Shown here in pieces: positions 63,679-64,000 of a stretch of 64,000 nt of DNA. Below the pieces are notes generated by a model. It was not told the origin of the DNA and did no database searches. It worked only from the letters and a program-made list of their open reading frames with translations. This DNA comes from Balanoglossus misakiensis (lineage: Eukaryota; Animalia; Hemichordata). Each line of letters begins with the position of its first letter. Positions within the stretch are counted from its first letter, which is position 1. The position numbers and the translations under genes are program-made. Where the stretch lies: contig CM082583.2 in NCBI GenBank assembly GCA_040954595.2, positions 218,542 through 282,541 of the forward strand, written 5' to 3'.

Positions 63679-63984
63679 AGGGACAAAGTCTCTCTCTTGC
63701 TGCCCTTTTTTCATTAATTATAGATATAGTGAATCAGCGTTCAACCACACAGAACTTCCATCCTGTTTGTAGGATATGAGAGTAAAATCTCACCCAAATG
63801 AAAAAATGGTGAACACTGATTATTCATTTTGGAGAGCGTTTCCCTATCGTGCCTTCAAAAGGGATGGAAGTTGTGTGTGGTCAAACGTGATTCACTATAT
63901 ATCCACATGTAGAATAACATAAACGGTGTCTGGTATCAAACATAATTAATGGAAAAGGGGCAGCGAGAGAGAGACTTTGTCCCT
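63679..63984. mobile_element. Kolobok-like MITE
   Basis: agggacaaagtctctctc...gagagagactttgtccct-ttaa. The same terminus occurs at ~6585 and ~60431. Confidence 0.78.
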
Positions 63985-64000
63985 TTAAGATGGGTCCCCC

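Overview
AT-rich eukaryotic (metazoan, probably marine invertebrate) genomic DNA with GT-AG spliceosomal exons. No prokaryotic features were found. Most of the window is a head-to-tail tandem array of a ~23-25 kb unit: copy A 1-24619, copy B 24620-47920, and partial copy C 47921-~60730. Each unit carries minus-strand exons of two kinds. The first is an array of up to ~15 symmetric phase-1 cassette exons (117-123 bp), each encoding an unusual 8-cysteine EGF-like module. The second is a run of Cys-rich GCC2/GCC3 (ephrin-receptor-like, CPxG) exons. An unidentified Pro/Gly/Tyr-rich coding remnant is also present. Many exons carry stops or frameshifts that are identical between copies, so the locus decayed before it was amplified. 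Each copy then gained its own transposons, whose empty sites are visible in the sister copies: a near-complete Gypsy LTR element, CR1- and L2-like LINEs, TTAA-, TA-, 8-9-bp and 10-bp-TSD non-autonomous DNA elements, a HINE-type element and a 686-bp palindrome. A P-like element with a 7-bp TSD is older and shared by A and B. Shared indels conflict between copies, which suggests recombination among units. The last ~3 kb is unique and includes a lone DNA-PKcs-like exon. All protein and TE family calls are by eye; no searches were run.
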